Shown here one piece after another: positions 46,936-57,036 of a DNA stretch of 64,000 bases. This DNA is from Lachnospiraceae bacterium (GTDB lineage: Bacteria; Bacillota; Clostridia; Lachnospirales; Lachnospiraceae): positions 3,186-67,185 of the forward strand of contig JAFUVF010000004.1 in the NCBI GenBank assembly GCA_017483735.1. Direction: 5' to 3'. A model generated the notes under the pieces. It ran no database searches, was not told the origin of the DNA, and saw only the letters and a list, made by a program, of their open reading frames with translations. How positions within the stretch are numbered: the first letter of the stretch is position 1; the number at the start of each line of letters is the position of its first letter. A program made the translations under genes and the position numbers.

Positions 46936-47467
46936 ACTCCTCGTACAGCTGTGTAAAGCTCTCGTAATGATCCTCCGTATAATATACATCCCCGTCGTCG
47001 GAGTATATTATGCGTTTTGCCCCTCTTGACTTTTTGCCGAGGGTTCCAATATCACATTCCCTGTAATCATCATCCTCCGGAAGAAGTCCCTCATAATTTC
47101 CGAAATAATCTCCGCCAATGCATTTGTCCGGCGCATACTCCTTCAATGAGCCGCCCTCCCAGCCCAATGCCTTCGCTTCCTTCTTCGTGATATAATTATC
47201 CGGGAGATGTCCGTAGGTCACAATATACAATGCCACATCATCACGGCTGTCATACACGCCGTCCTCTGCTATGCTATCCATAGCTGCGACCACAGCCGTC
47301 GGAGACGTCTCTGCCGCATTCGGCTCCCGGGAAGCCTCCGGTGCTTCGGTTATCGGAATATCCGAAAGGTATTCCTCCGGAACTCCGCAGCCCGCCAATA
47401 TAAGCCCCGCAAGAATCGCCGCCAGTATATATTTAATCCTTGAAATTCCCTGCCTCATATCACACAT
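46916..47467 (-). CDS. secreted barnase-like guanyl-specific ribonuclease (lipoprotein)
   Basis: 183 aa with signal/lipobox LAGLILAGCG. The C-terminal domain YITKKEAKALGW...YRECDI...RGAKRIIYS...YYTEDHYESF matches the barnase/N1-T1 family. Confidence 0.8.
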   Translation of the reverse strand: MCDMRQGISRIKYILAAILAGLILAGCGVPEEYLSDIPITEAPEASREPNAAETSPTAVVAAMDSIAEDGVYDSRDDVALYIVTYGHLPDNYITKKEAKALGWEGGSLKEYAPDKCIGGDYFGNYEGLLPEDDDYRECDIGTLGKKSRGAKRIIYSDDGDVYYTEDHYESFTQLYEEYERVYD

Positions 47468-47472
47468 TCACT

Positions 47473-48321
47473 TTATACAACACATTCGTCATACAGCTTC
47501 TGAATATATTCCTTTACCTGAACATTATTTTCCGGCGTGGTATTTTCAAGCGTTGCATGAATAAAAGGCTTCTTTGACTTCATAAACCTTATAACGGATG
47601 AATAATCCATATTTCCCAGACCGCATCCGAGAGATGTCAGACTTTGCTTCTCCTCATCCACGACGAAATCCTTAAGATGCACCACTGCCACATCATCCCC
47701 CAGTACATCTATGGCTTCATCCACTATCTCCACCTGATTTTTATAATTGCAATAGTCAAGAAGATTGACCGGGTCAAGTATTATCTGTAAATTCGGGGAT
47801 GCAATCTCATCAAGCACCTGCCTTGCACGCCTCGGGTTATATACAATATGCTTCCAGACAGGCTCTATCGCCATTATTACGCCGAACTGCTCCGCATAAC
47901 GTACCACGGGCTTAAGGTTTTTCACAAATATTTTCAGAGCTTCATCAGTATGGCACTCCGGAACGTACTTATATTCCTCATTGGGAGCCCCCGTCTCGGT
48001 GCCTACCACACCGCAGCCCAAAAGCCCTGCAAAGCGTATATTAGCCATATACCTGTGGGTAATTGTCTTTAGCTTATCCGGATTCGGATTTGCAAGATTC
48101 AAATAGCAGCCAAGCACCGCTATATCGACATTATTTTTTTCAAAGAGCTTTTTTAAATACATGGCAAAGCCCGGTGTCAAAGCCGAATCATCGACAGGGT
48201 ACTCGTCTATTACCTTTGAAAGCGCTAAATGCCCGCAGCCAAAGCCCAGATCATGCACATCCTTTATGCGCTCCTCCAGGGGTAATTTTTTTGTGTCATG
48301 CAAACGTATTCCTAAGTTCAT
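47473..48321 (-). CDS. sugar phosphate isomerase/epimerase (xylose-isomerase-like TIM barrel)
   Basis: About 282 aa from MNLGIRLHD, after GGGAGG. The pattern is typical of an AP-endonuclease-2/xylose-isomerase-like fold. Confidence 0.7.
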   Translation of the reverse strand: MNLGIRLHDTKKLPLEERIKDVHDLGFGCGHLALSKVIDEYPVDDSALTPGFAMYLKKLFEKNNVDIAVLGCYLNLANPNPDKLKTITHRYMANIRFAGLLGCGVVGTETGAPNEEYKYVPECHTDEALKIFVKNLKPVVRYAEQFGVIMAIEPVWKHIVYNPRRARQVLDEIASPNLQIILDPVNLLDYCNYKNQVEIVDEAIDVLGDDVAVVHLKDFVVDEEKQSLTSLGCGLGNMDYSSVIRFMKSKKPFIHATLENTTPENNVQVKEYIQKLYDECVV

Positions 48322-48334
48322 CTCATCCTCCCGA

Positions 48335-49888
48335 TTATTTAATAAGCTCGTCAACACCTATGAGCTCATACTTCTCTCCGTCCTGTCCTGATATGTTCAC
48401 ATTTTCCAGAGTAAGCTTCTTTACGTTTCTCGCAAAAAGCCCTCTCCTTGAGCTCTTTTCAACTCCCTCGCTCATGGCCGGCACATCACATTTCGGATTG
48501 TCGCTGTAGCTTATATTGACATTTTTCATATATATTTCTTCAATCTTTTTCTCCGGAAGACCGTCAAAATATGCCGCCGCCACATGGCAGTTCGTACAGT
48601 CCATATTTTCAAAGACCATTTTCTTTATGACGGGCGTCCTGTCATCAACAGGATATTCATCCCTCGACTGCACGTATGGCGTCTTTCCGTCAGGATCGCA
48701 GAAATAGAAGGAATTAACCACAAGGGGTGTCATCACATTGTCGAGAGTAAGATTTTTGAAGGTCACATTCTGAATAACGGAATCCTTCCCCCTTCCTCTT
48801 CTGGTCTTTATCCTGAGCCCCCTGTCGGTGTGCCTGAAGGTGCAGTCCTCAACCGTAAGCTCCTTTACTCCGCCTCCAATCTCACTTCCCAAGGTGACGG
48901 CTCCGTGTCCGTTCTCCATCAGACATTGTCTGATATGTATATTTTCCGAGGGACGCTTAAACCTTCTTCCGGTGTAAATCTTTCCGCTCTTTACCGCTAT
49001 GCAGTCATCTCCCAGGGAGAAGCGCACTCCGGTTATCTCGACATTTCTGCAGGATTCCGGGTCAAGTCCGTCCGTGTTGGGAGAATCCGACGGATTTTCC
49101 ACACTGACATTTATAAACTTAAGATTGTCACTGAAATACGGGTGTATTGTCCATGCCGGGGAATTTGCAAACTTTACTCCCTGTACCGTGACATTATTGC
49201 AGTTGTTTATAAAGAAAAGCCTCGGTCTGAAGGCGATATTCATAACCTTGGGATTATTCCACCAGGTTTCCTTGGAGGAATTTCCGTTTATTACACCCTG
49301 ACCGTATATTTGAATATTATCCGCATTCATTCCGCAGATAATACCCGCAAACATAGGCAGGGGATTCCCCTCCCATGTGCCGAGGAAATAATCATCCTTC
49401 TCATCATAGCTCTGTATGGTTCCGGGGAAGCGCACAAATTTCTCCCTGTCGGTAAAAGCCTTAAGCTCCGCCCCCTTTGCAAGCTCTATCCGTATGTCGC
49501 TCTTTAAAAAGAGGCTGGTTATACGGTAGGTTCCTGCGGGGATAAGCACCCTCGAAGCCTTGGGACACGCCATTATTGCCCCCTGTATAAAATGTGTATC
49601 GTCGCTTACTCCGTCGCCCCTGGCGCCGAACTTCTTTACATCTATGGTCACAAATTCATAATCTGTCTTAAATGAGGTTTCTCCAAGCTTATTATCTCCG
49701 TCAAAAACCTCTATATGATAATCCGTCTCCGGCTTTAATTCAAATATTGAAAAAACGGTTGTCTCCGCTACAGCGCAGTCCTTGCCGTTTACCCTGATCC
49801 CATAAGGCTTTTTTGTAAAATATCTTCCGCCATCCTTTATCTCTATGGTTGCGCTTCTGGCGGTCTTTAGTATAATACCTATCTCCAT
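48335..49888 (-). CDS. GH28 polygalacturonase / exo-poly-alpha-galacturonosidase
   Basis: About 517 aa from MEIGIIL, after AAGGAGAAGG. GH28 motifs are present: NTDGLDP, GDDCIAVKSG, GHGAVTLGSE and RIKT. Confidence 0.85.
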   Translation of the reverse strand: MEIGIILKTARSATIEIKDGGRYFTKKPYGIRVNGKDCAVAETTVFSIFELKPETDYHIEVFDGDNKLGETSFKTDYEFVTIDVKKFGARGDGVSDDTHFIQGAIMACPKASRVLIPAGTYRITSLFLKSDIRIELAKGAELKAFTDREKFVRFPGTIQSYDEKDDYFLGTWEGNPLPMFAGIICGMNADNIQIYGQGVINGNSSKETWWNNPKVMNIAFRPRLFFINNCNNVTVQGVKFANSPAWTIHPYFSDNLKFINVSVENPSDSPNTDGLDPESCRNVEITGVRFSLGDDCIAVKSGKIYTGRRFKRPSENIHIRQCLMENGHGAVTLGSEIGGGVKELTVEDCTFRHTDRGLRIKTRRGRGKDSVIQNVTFKNLTLDNVMTPLVVNSFYFCDPDGKTPYVQSRDEYPVDDRTPVIKKMVFENMDCTNCHVAAAYFDGLPEKKIEEIYMKNVNISYSDNPKCDVPAMSEGVEKSSRRGLFARNVKKLTLENVNISGQDGEKYELIGVDELIK

Positions 49889-49898
49889 ATCCTTCTCC

Positions 49899-50345
49899 TT
49901 ATGCAAACATATATTTTTCCGCCAGCAGCAAATCCTTCTTGCAGGCTTCGTTTACCACATCCTTAAAGGCGCTTACCGCCGATGCATCAAGCCCCTCCTT
50001 AAAGCCCTTTTCATTGTCATAATAAATCAAAAGAACTTCCTTTACCTTTGTGCGGAACATATCCAGAAGCTCCCTGTAATTTTCGTATATTTCCGGGCTG
50101 AATACGGAAACTGCCGACAAGAGGAGCTTAAGGAATCCCGTGTTTTCGGAAAAATCCTTATTCTCCGACATACGAGCGCAAAGCGTCCTCATCTGCGCCA
50201 TTATGTCGGGATAGCCCGCCTTCTTGTTTTCATTGGTCTCATAAGAAATATAGGTGGCAAAAATTTCCGCCGCCTTATCAAAGCTGTCTATTTCAAATAC
50301 TCCGTCCTTATCACGGGGGAGTGCCTTTATTTCGTCGATTGTCAT
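49899..50345 (-). CDS. hypothetical protein
   Basis: About 148 aa from MTIDEIKAL, after GGAGGG. It is acidic and helical, lies in the uxaA-GH28 operon, and I recognise no family. Confidence 0.55.
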   Translation of the reverse strand: MTIDEIKALPRDKDGVFEIDSFDKAAEIFATYISYETNENKKAGYPDIMAQMRTLCARMSENKDFSENTGFLKLLLSAVSVFSPEIYENYRELLDMFRTKVKEVLLIYYDNEKGFKEGLDASAVSAFKDVVNEACKKDLLLAEKYMFA

Positions 50346-50376
50346 TGAACCCTCCAAATATTTAGGCTGTGGCTAG

Positions 50377-50441
50377 AAAAAAGCGTGGATAACCCCGCCT
50401 TATGCAAGCAAGCCTGCTTCGGCGGATTATCCACGTTTTTT
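50377..50441 (-). terminator. rho-independent (bidirectional-looking) terminator after uxaA
   Basis: AAAAAAGCGTGGATAA...TTATCCACGTTTTTT forms a long hairpin with an internal CCCCGCC/GGCGG pairing. It is flanked by an A-run and a T-run. Confidence 0.6.
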
Positions 50442-50442
50442 A

Positions 50443-51942
50443 TTATAGCGTCACACCCTGCTTAAATATCGCCATGTCGTGGAATCCGTTTATTTCTGAA
50501 CATACCCTCTCTCCGCTGGCAACTCTTACCACCTGATCAAAGAGCTTCTGTCCCTGCTCCTCCATTGTGGTCTCGGTGTCTACGAGCACACCGGCATTGA
50601 AGTCTATCCAGTTTCCCTTCTTGTTTGCAAGCCTTGAATTGGTTGCAATCTTAAGTGTGGGAACCGGCGATGCAAAAGGAGTTCCTCTTCCTGTAGTAAA
50701 CAGCACAATCTGTGCGCCGCTTGCCGCAAGCGCCGTAGATGCGACCAGATCATTGCCCGGCGCAGAAAGAAGATTGAGCCCCGGAGTGGATACCTTCTCG
50801 CCATATTTGAGCACGCCTCTTACCTTTGCGCTTCCGGATTTCTGCGTGCATCCCAAAGACTTGTCCTCCAGAGTGGAGATACCTCCCTTCTTGTTGCCCG
50901 GTGAGGGATTCTCATATATGGTCTGATTGTGGGACTTAAAATAATTTTTAAAATCATTTATGAGATTTACCGTCTTGTCGAAAAGCTCCTTGTCTGCGCA
51001 GCGGTTCATAAGTATGGTCTCTGCGCCGAACATCTCCGGAACCTCCGTGAGAATCGTGGTACCTCCCTTGGAAACCAGAAGATCCGAAAATCTTCCCACA
51101 AGAGGATTGGCGGTAATTCCCGAGAGCCCGTCGCTGCCTCCGCACTTCATACCGATGACAAGCTTGCTTACGCTTATAGGCTCCCTCTTTAAGGTGGATA
51201 CATAGTCAATCATATCCTTTATGATAGAGAGCGCTTCCTCCTTCTCATCATCCGATTCCTGACATACGAGGAATTTTACCCTCTTTTCATCATAATCTCC
51301 GAGATACCCTTTAAGCACATCAATATTGCTGTTCTCGCAGCCAAGCCCCAATACCAGCACTCCTCCCACATTGGGATGGGTTATCAGGTCAGCCAGTATC
51401 TCTCTTGTGTTCTCCTGATCATCTCCCATCTGTGAGCAGCCGTAGGGATGATCGAATGCGAAAACATCCTCGACAGAGCCCTTGATATACTGCTTTGCCT
51501 CATTTGCGATGGCTGTGGCGATATTGTTTACGCAGCCCACCGTCGGCATTATCCATATATCGTTTCTTACGCCGGCTCTCCCGTCGGGGCGCATAAAGCC
51601 CTGAAATGTCACATCCTCCGTGGTTTTTTCCTCCACCTCTACAGGCTCATAGGTGTAGGTGAGAAGCTCTCCCAGTGCAGTCTTTACATTGTGGGTGTGT
51701 ATCCACGCCCCCGCCTTTATCGGCTCCTTCGCATTTCCGATGCGGTATCCGTATTTGATCACATCTCCGCCCTCGGGAATATCGTAGAGCGCCATCTTGT
51801 GTCCTGCCGGAATTTCCTCTATTGCAGTTACCGACAGCGGCGCTCCGTTGTCATCCGTGGTCTCCACCACTCTGCCCGCAGGCAGAGTGTTCAAAGCCAC
51901 GATAACCTTGTCATTTGGATTTATCTTTAAGAAATCTTGCAT
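50443..51942 (-). CDS. uxaA: altronate dehydratase
   Basis: 499 aa with an N-terminal SAF domain and a C-terminal UxaA/GarD domain, adjacent to uxaB. Confidence 0.9.
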   Translation of the reverse strand: MQDFLKINPNDKVIVALNTLPAGRVVETTDDNGAPLSVTAIEEIPAGHKMALYDIPEGGDVIKYGYRIGNAKEPIKAGAWIHTHNVKTALGELLTYTYEPVEVEEKTTEDVTFQGFMRPDGRAGVRNDIWIMPTVGCVNNIATAIANEAKQYIKGSVEDVFAFDHPYGCSQMGDDQENTREILADLITHPNVGGVLVLGLGCENSNIDVLKGYLGDYDEKRVKFLVCQESDDEKEEALSIIKDMIDYVSTLKREPISVSKLVIGMKCGGSDGLSGITANPLVGRFSDLLVSKGGTTILTEVPEMFGAETILMNRCADKELFDKTVNLINDFKNYFKSHNQTIYENPSPGNKKGGISTLEDKSLGCTQKSGSAKVRGVLKYGEKVSTPGLNLLSAPGNDLVASTALAASGAQIVLFTTGRGTPFASPVPTLKIATNSRLANKKGNWIDFNAGVLVDTETTMEEQGQKLFDQVVRVASGERVCSEINGFHDMAIFKQGVTL

Positions 51943-53387
51943 AAAGCAGCCCTCATTCCGTTAGTTTTGATATCATCAAGGTAATTGACCACAGCGTCGG
52001 TAAGTCCGGGAACCTTGTTAAGATCCTGTCCGTGGAAATCTGCGTTTCCGAGATAGGAGGTTACAAGCGTCCTTGTATCCTTGCCGTTGTTCTCCGCAAA
52101 GAACTGCAATACCTTGGCATCATCCTTTATATTGTACTCCGCTCCGTCTCTGTGACCGATAAGCACGCCGTCACGAATCTCGGTGCCGTTGTAGAATGCC
52201 ATAAGAGCTGCAATGGAGAAGGTAAGCCTCTCGGGCAGCTTTCCGAACTTGTCCACATATCCGAGAAGGCTGGGAAGGCATCTTGCCCTCCACTTTGATA
52301 CAGAGTTTAAGGAGATATCCAAAAGCTTATGGTCAACAAAGGGATTGTCGAAACGGTTTACCACCTCGGATGCGAATGCCTTGAGCTCATCCTCGGGAAG
52401 GGTAAGCGTGGGAATTACCTCATCATAAATCGTCTTATCCATAAAGTTACGGATATCGTTGTCTCTCATGGAATCTCTCACTATGTCAAGGCCGCAAAGC
52501 CATGCCGCAAGCACAAAGGAGGTATGCGCTCCGTTTAAGATACGCACCTTTCTCTGCTTGTAGGGATGGTGGTCATCGGTAATTATCGCATTGAAATTGT
52601 CTATGGGAAGCTTCGGGAAGTCTGCGCTGATATCCTTGGGGCTCTCAATTACCCAGAGAGAGAAGGGCTCAGCCGTAACCATAATATCATCCTGATATCC
52701 CAGTCTGTCCCATTCCTTCTGCATATCTGCCGGACGTCCGGTAACGATGCGGTCAACCAGAGTTGATGTGAATACGCATGCATCCTCGACCCATGCCTTG
52801 AAGTCATCGGAGAGCTTCCAGAGGTCTATAAACTGCATTACGCACTTCTTTAAGTTTATTCCGTTGTCGTCTATGAGCTCCACGGGAAGCATAATGAGTC
52901 CCTTGGACTTGTCCCCCTTGAAGGTTTCAAATCTTCTGTACAGGAATTTGGTAAGCTTTCCGGGGAAGGTTGCGGGAGGATTCGACTCAAATTTGTCGGA
53001 ATCATCAAAAACAATTCCCGCCTCTGTAGTATTGGAAACCACGAATTTTAAAGTATCAATATCCGCCAATCCCATATACTTGTCATATTCGTTTATTGTA
53101 TCCACTGCATCCGCAACGGAGGTAACGATGCGGTCTATAATCTTTCCCTCGCCGTTTACGTTGCCCCTCAATGAAACGGTGTACTGGCAGTCCTGCTTGT
53201 GGAAATTCTCGAGATTTCCGAAAGCGATAGGCTTTATCAGCACGATATCCCCGTCGAATTTCCCCTGTTCGTTTGCAAGATCAAACATGTAGTCCACAAA
53301 AGCTCGTAAAAAATTGCCCTCTCCAAACTGTACGACCTTCACAGGTCTTTCTTTTTTGCCGGTTTTTACCTTGTTTAAGCTATCCAT
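51927..53387 (-). CDS. uxaB: tagaturonate reductase (altronate oxidoreductase)
   Basis: About 486 aa from MDSLNKV, after GGGAGG. It belongs to the mannitol-dehydrogenase family (VQFGEGNFLRAF). Confidence 0.85.
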   Translation of the reverse strand: MDSLNKVKTGKKERPVKVVQFGEGNFLRAFVDYMFDLANEQGKFDGDIVLIKPIAFGNLENFHKQDCQYTVSLRGNVNGEGKIIDRIVTSVADAVDTINEYDKYMGLADIDTLKFVVSNTTEAGIVFDDSDKFESNPPATFPGKLTKFLYRRFETFKGDKSKGLIMLPVELIDDNGINLKKCVMQFIDLWKLSDDFKAWVEDACVFTSTLVDRIVTGRPADMQKEWDRLGYQDDIMVTAEPFSLWVIESPKDISADFPKLPIDNFNAIITDDHHPYKQRKVRILNGAHTSFVLAAWLCGLDIVRDSMRDNDIRNFMDKTIYDEVIPTLTLPEDELKAFASEVVNRFDNPFVDHKLLDISLNSVSKWRARCLPSLLGYVDKFGKLPERLTFSIAALMAFYNGTEIRDGVLIGHRDGAEYNIKDDAKVLQFFAENNGKDTRTLVTSYLGNADFHGQDLNKVPGLTDAVVNYLDDIKTNGMRAALCKIS

Positions 53388-53614
53388 CTTAACCTCCCAA
53401 TCTTGGTTTAAATTAAATTTGTGCAAAAAAACCGCACTATGTGTAAATTCTACAATAAAACGGGATGTTAGTCAACTTTTATTGGTCAAATTAACCATTG
53501 GTCTGTTTTATGTCTTGAAAATATTGCTCATATCCTGTAAACTTGATACAAGTGCATTGTACGAATTTGAATTTTTTTGCATTTAAAAATAAATCACATT
53601 AAGGGAGGTATCAC

Positions 53615-55024
53615 ATGAAACCATTTATGGACAAGGATTTCCTTTTGGAAACCCCCACTGCGCAGAAGCTCTTTCATGAGTATGCGGAAAAGACACCTAT
53701 TTTGGACTATCACTGCCACATAAGCCCCAAGGAGATTGCCGAGGACAGAAAATTCGACAATATCGCACAGGTGTGGCTGGGCGGAGACCATTATAAGTGG
53801 CGCTTCATGCGTTCCTGCGGTGTCGACGAAAAGTACTGCACCGGAGACGCATCGGACTACGAGAAATTCGAGAAATGGGCAGAGTGTCTCGGAAAGGCTA
53901 TCGGTAATCCCCTCTTCCATTGGAGCCATTTAGAGCTCCAGAGGTATTTTGGATATACCGGCGCGCTCAACAAAAACACCGCAAAGGAGGTATGGGAGCT
54001 TTGCAACAAAAAGCTCGCAGAGCCTTCTATGTCTGTCCGCAACATAATCAAGCAGAGCAATGTAACCCTCATCTGCACCACGGACGACCCGATTGATTCC
54101 CTGGAGTACCACAAGCAGATAAAGGAGGATTCCAGCTTTGACGTAAAGGTGCTTCCTGCCTGGAGACCCGACAAGGCAATGAACATCGAGAAGCCCGAGT
54201 ACCTCGAATATATTGCAAAGCTCGCAGAGGTTTCCGGACTTTCCGAAATTCATACCTTTGCACAGCTAAAGGAAGCTCTTGTTAAGCGTATGGATTTCTT
54301 TGCTTCCATGGGCTGCAACGTATCCGACCACGCTCTTGAGTTTGTAATGTACTATCCCGCAAGCGACGACGAGATAGAGGCAATCTTCTTAAAGAGGCAG
54401 AACCGCATTCCTCTCACAAAGGAGGACGAGTACAAGTTCAAGACCGCATTTATGCTCTTTGTAGGCAGAGAGTACGCAAGAAGAGATTGGGGTATGCAGC
54501 TCCATTACGGCTGTAAGAGAGACAACAATGAGCTTATGTACGAAAAGCTCGGTCCCGACACAGGATACGACTGCATAAACAACTATGCTCCTTCGGCTCA
54601 GATGGCTGATTTCCTCAATGCCCTCATAAAGACCGATGAGCTTCCCAGAACAATACTTTACAGTCTGAACCCCAATGATAACGAGTCCATCGGCACAATC
54701 CTCGGATGCTTCCAGGACTCCACCGCTGTGGCAAAGATACAGCAGGGCAGCGCATGGTGGTTCAATGACCACAAGGTGGGAATGCAGAATCAGATGATAT
54801 CCCTCGCAAACTTAGGAAACCTTTCCGGCTTTGTGGGAATGCTTACCGATTCCAGAAGCTTCCTCTCCTATACCCGTCATGAGTATTTCAGAAGAATCCT
54901 CTGCAACCTTATCGGTAACTGGGTGGAGAACGGCGAGTTCCCCGAGGACTATGATACCCTCGGCGAGATTGTCAAGAACATCTCCTACTACAATGCGAAG
55001 AACTACTTTAAGTTTCCGCTGTAA
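53615..55024 (+). CDS. uxaC: glucuronate isomerase
   Basis: 469 aa with MKPFMDKDFLL...PILDYHCHISPKEI, characteristic of UxaC. Confidence 0.95.
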   Translation: MKPFMDKDFLLETPTAQKLFHEYAEKTPILDYHCHISPKEIAEDRKFDNIAQVWLGGDHYKWRFMRSCGVDEKYCTGDASDYEKFEKWAECLGKAIGNPLFHWSHLELQRYFGYTGALNKNTAKEVWELCNKKLAEPSMSVRNIIKQSNVTLICTTDDPIDSLEYHKQIKEDSSFDVKVLPAWRPDKAMNIEKPEYLEYIAKLAEVSGLSEIHTFAQLKEALVKRMDFFASMGCNVSDHALEFVMYYPASDDEIEAIFLKRQNRIPLTKEDEYKFKTAFMLFVGREYARRDWGMQLHYGCKRDNNELMYEKLGPDTGYDCINNYAPSAQMADFLNALIKTDELPRTILYSLNPNDNESIGTILGCFQDSTAVAKIQQGSAWWFNDHKVGMQNQMISLANLGNLSGFVGMLTDSRSFLSYTRHEYFRRILCNLIGNWVENGEFPEDYDTLGEIVKNISYYNAKNYFKFPL

Positions 55025-55153
55025 TTAAAGAGCTTCAGCCCCCGATTCCGCAAGAGCAGTTTTGATTTCAAAGCTGTTGTCTGTGTCTGGTTCCGAAAAC
55101 AAAAGAAGTGCGCCGAGAACACAAGACGGTCGGGGGTTGAATTATATGTAAAT

Positions 55154-55963
55154 ATGCCAACCTTCGGAAGAAAAAAAATCGAAAAGATAATAATAGAACA
55201 CGGAAAACGGGGCTATGATTCTCCCATACAGAAGGATCACAGCCACGGCTTCTTTGAGATATTCTATGTCAAGAGCGGCGAGTGCAGCTATCTTTTGAAG
55301 GATACAGTCTACAGACTGCATGCCGGAGACCTTGTATTCATCTCTCCGGGGGAGCTGCACCATGCAATCTACAATGAGGGCGACTCCGTTGAATGTGCCT
55401 TCATCTACTTTAACCGTGAGCACATACATATCAATGAGCTTAAGGAGGACGCCTCCTTTATGGGAAGCGTGCCGACAGTCTACAGAGAGGAGTTTCAAAA
55501 GCTCCTGTCGCAGATGCTTACGGAGTATTCCGGTATTGACGAGTACTCCAAGAGCTTTATCTCCTGCTATCTGTCCGAGGCGCTTTTACTTTTGATGCGG
55601 CACTCTGTGCTTAACGAGGAGGATCCTGCGCTGATAAACTCTACGGATGCCGACATTCTTCTCTCCACAAAATATATCTACAAGAATTTTAAAAAACCAC
55701 TTACTCTGGACGAGGTGGCCTCCGTTGCGTCCTTAAGCCCCACCTACTTTTCCAAAAAATTCAAGGCTACCGTCGGCATGGGCTTTAAGGAATATTTAAA
55801 CTTTGTGCGCCTAAAGCACGCACAAGCCGCACTCCTCACAACAGATTCTTCCATAACGGACATTGCTTTGGAGTACGGCTTTAACGATTCCAATTATTTC
55901 AAAGACCTCTTTAAAAAGGTTTACGGCAAATCTCCCAGAGAGTTCAGGAAATCAAATCAATAG
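55154..55963 (+). CDS. AraC-family transcriptional regulator (cupin sensor plus HTH)
   Basis: 269 aa with an N-terminal cupin-like domain and a C-terminal AraC HTH ([10 protein letters not shown]...[24 protein letters not shown]). Confidence 0.85.
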   Translation: MPTFGRKKIEKIIIEHGKRGYDSPIQKDHSHGFFEIFYVKSGECSYLLKDTVYRLHAGDLVFISPGELHHAIYNEGDSVECAFIYFNREHIHINELKEDASFMGSVPTVYREEFQKLLSQMLTEYSGIDEYSKSFISCYLSEALLLLMRHSVLNEEDPALINSTDADILLSTKYIYKNFKKPLTLDEVASVASLSPTYFSKKFKATVGMGFKEYLNFVRLKHAQAALLTTDSSITDIALEYGFNDSNYFKDLFKKVYGKSPREFRKSNQ

Positions 55964-57024
55964 GAAAGAGCCTTTTCCTCTCCGTTTAAGACTCTTAAGC
56001 CTCCCTGACACAATGCGAGGAGCTCATCCTCCCCCGGATATACCGTAATGGGTGCGATAAAGCCCACCATCTTTTCTATCGCATCGCACACATCCTTGCC
56101 GTATGCGATTCCGCCCGTAAGAATAATCCTGTCAACCTTTCCTTCGAGCACGCACGCCATTGAGCCTATGTCCTTTCCGATCTGGTATACAAAGGCTTCC
56201 TTGACAGCCTTAGCCTTCTCATTGCCCTCGTTCGCACGCTTTGTGACCTCCCTCATATCGTTGGTTCCCAAATATGCATTGAAGCCGCCGGCTCCCACAA
56301 ACTTCTTCATCATTTCCTTCTCGGTATATTTGCCGGAATAGCATAGCCTGATAAGCGCTCCGCTGGGCACCGCTCCGACTCTCTCCGGCGAAAATGCGCC
56401 GTCGCCGTCAAGAGCGTTAAACACATCTACAACCTTGCCGTTTAAATGAGCGCCCACGGACACTCCGCCGCCCATATGTACCACAATGAGCCTAAGCGAA
56501 TCATATGCCTTCCCAATCTCCTTTGCATACCTCTTTGCCACAGCCTTCTGATTCAGAGCATGGAACACGGAATTTCTCTCAATATCCGGAGTTCCGGAAT
56601 ATCTTGCCACATCCGAAAGCTCATCAACCACTACCGGGTCGACAATGTACGAAGGAATACCCAGCTCGTCTCCGATTTCTCTTGCAAGTATTCCTCCAAG
56701 ATTGGAAGCATGCTGTCCCTGAACACCCACCTTCAAATCCTCAAGAAGCTCATCCGTGACAGCGTAGGTTCCGCCGGGTATGGGCTTTAACATTCCGCCC
56801 CTTCCTACAACCATATTTAGGGACTTCATATCAAAATCCTTGGACTTAAGCAGCTCAGTGATTATCTTTTTCCTGAAATCCTTCTGATCCACTATCGTGG
56901 CATAGCTTGCTATCTCCTCCGTGGAGTGACGAAGGGTTTCCTCGAAAAGTAAGGTTTCATCCTCGAATACTCCAATCTTTGTTGAGGTTGAACCGGGATT
57001 TATAATAAGACTTTTAACAGACAT
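55957..57024 (-). CDS. buk: butyrate kinase
   Basis: 355 aa ASKHA-fold protein (INPGSTSTK), located immediately downstream of ptb. Confidence 0.9.
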   Translation of the reverse strand: MSVKSLIINPGSTSTKIGVFEDETLLFEETLRHSTEEIASYATIVDQKDFRKKIITELLKSKDFDMKSLNMVVGRGGMLKPIPGGTYAVTDELLEDLKVGVQGQHASNLGGILAREIGDELGIPSYIVDPVVVDELSDVARYSGTPDIERNSVFHALNQKAVAKRYAKEIGKAYDSLRLIVVHMGGGVSVGAHLNGKVVDVFNALDGDGAFSPERVGAVPSGALIRLCYSGKYTEKEMMKKFVGAGGFNAYLGTNDMREVTKRANEGNEKAKAVKEAFVYQIGKDIGSMACVLEGKVDRIILTGGIAYGKDVCDAIEKMVGFIAPITVYPGEDELLALCQGGLRVLNGEEKALSY

Positions 57025-57036
57025 AATTTTTCTCCT

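Noticed and set aside
53470-53510. TTGGTCAAATTAACCATTGGTC between uxaB and uxaC, resembling a GntR/ExuR-type TGGT-N-ACCA operator.
   Set aside because: The palindrome is imperfect. The only regulator encoded nearby belongs to the AraC family, not the GntR family. The call is too speculative without comparative data.
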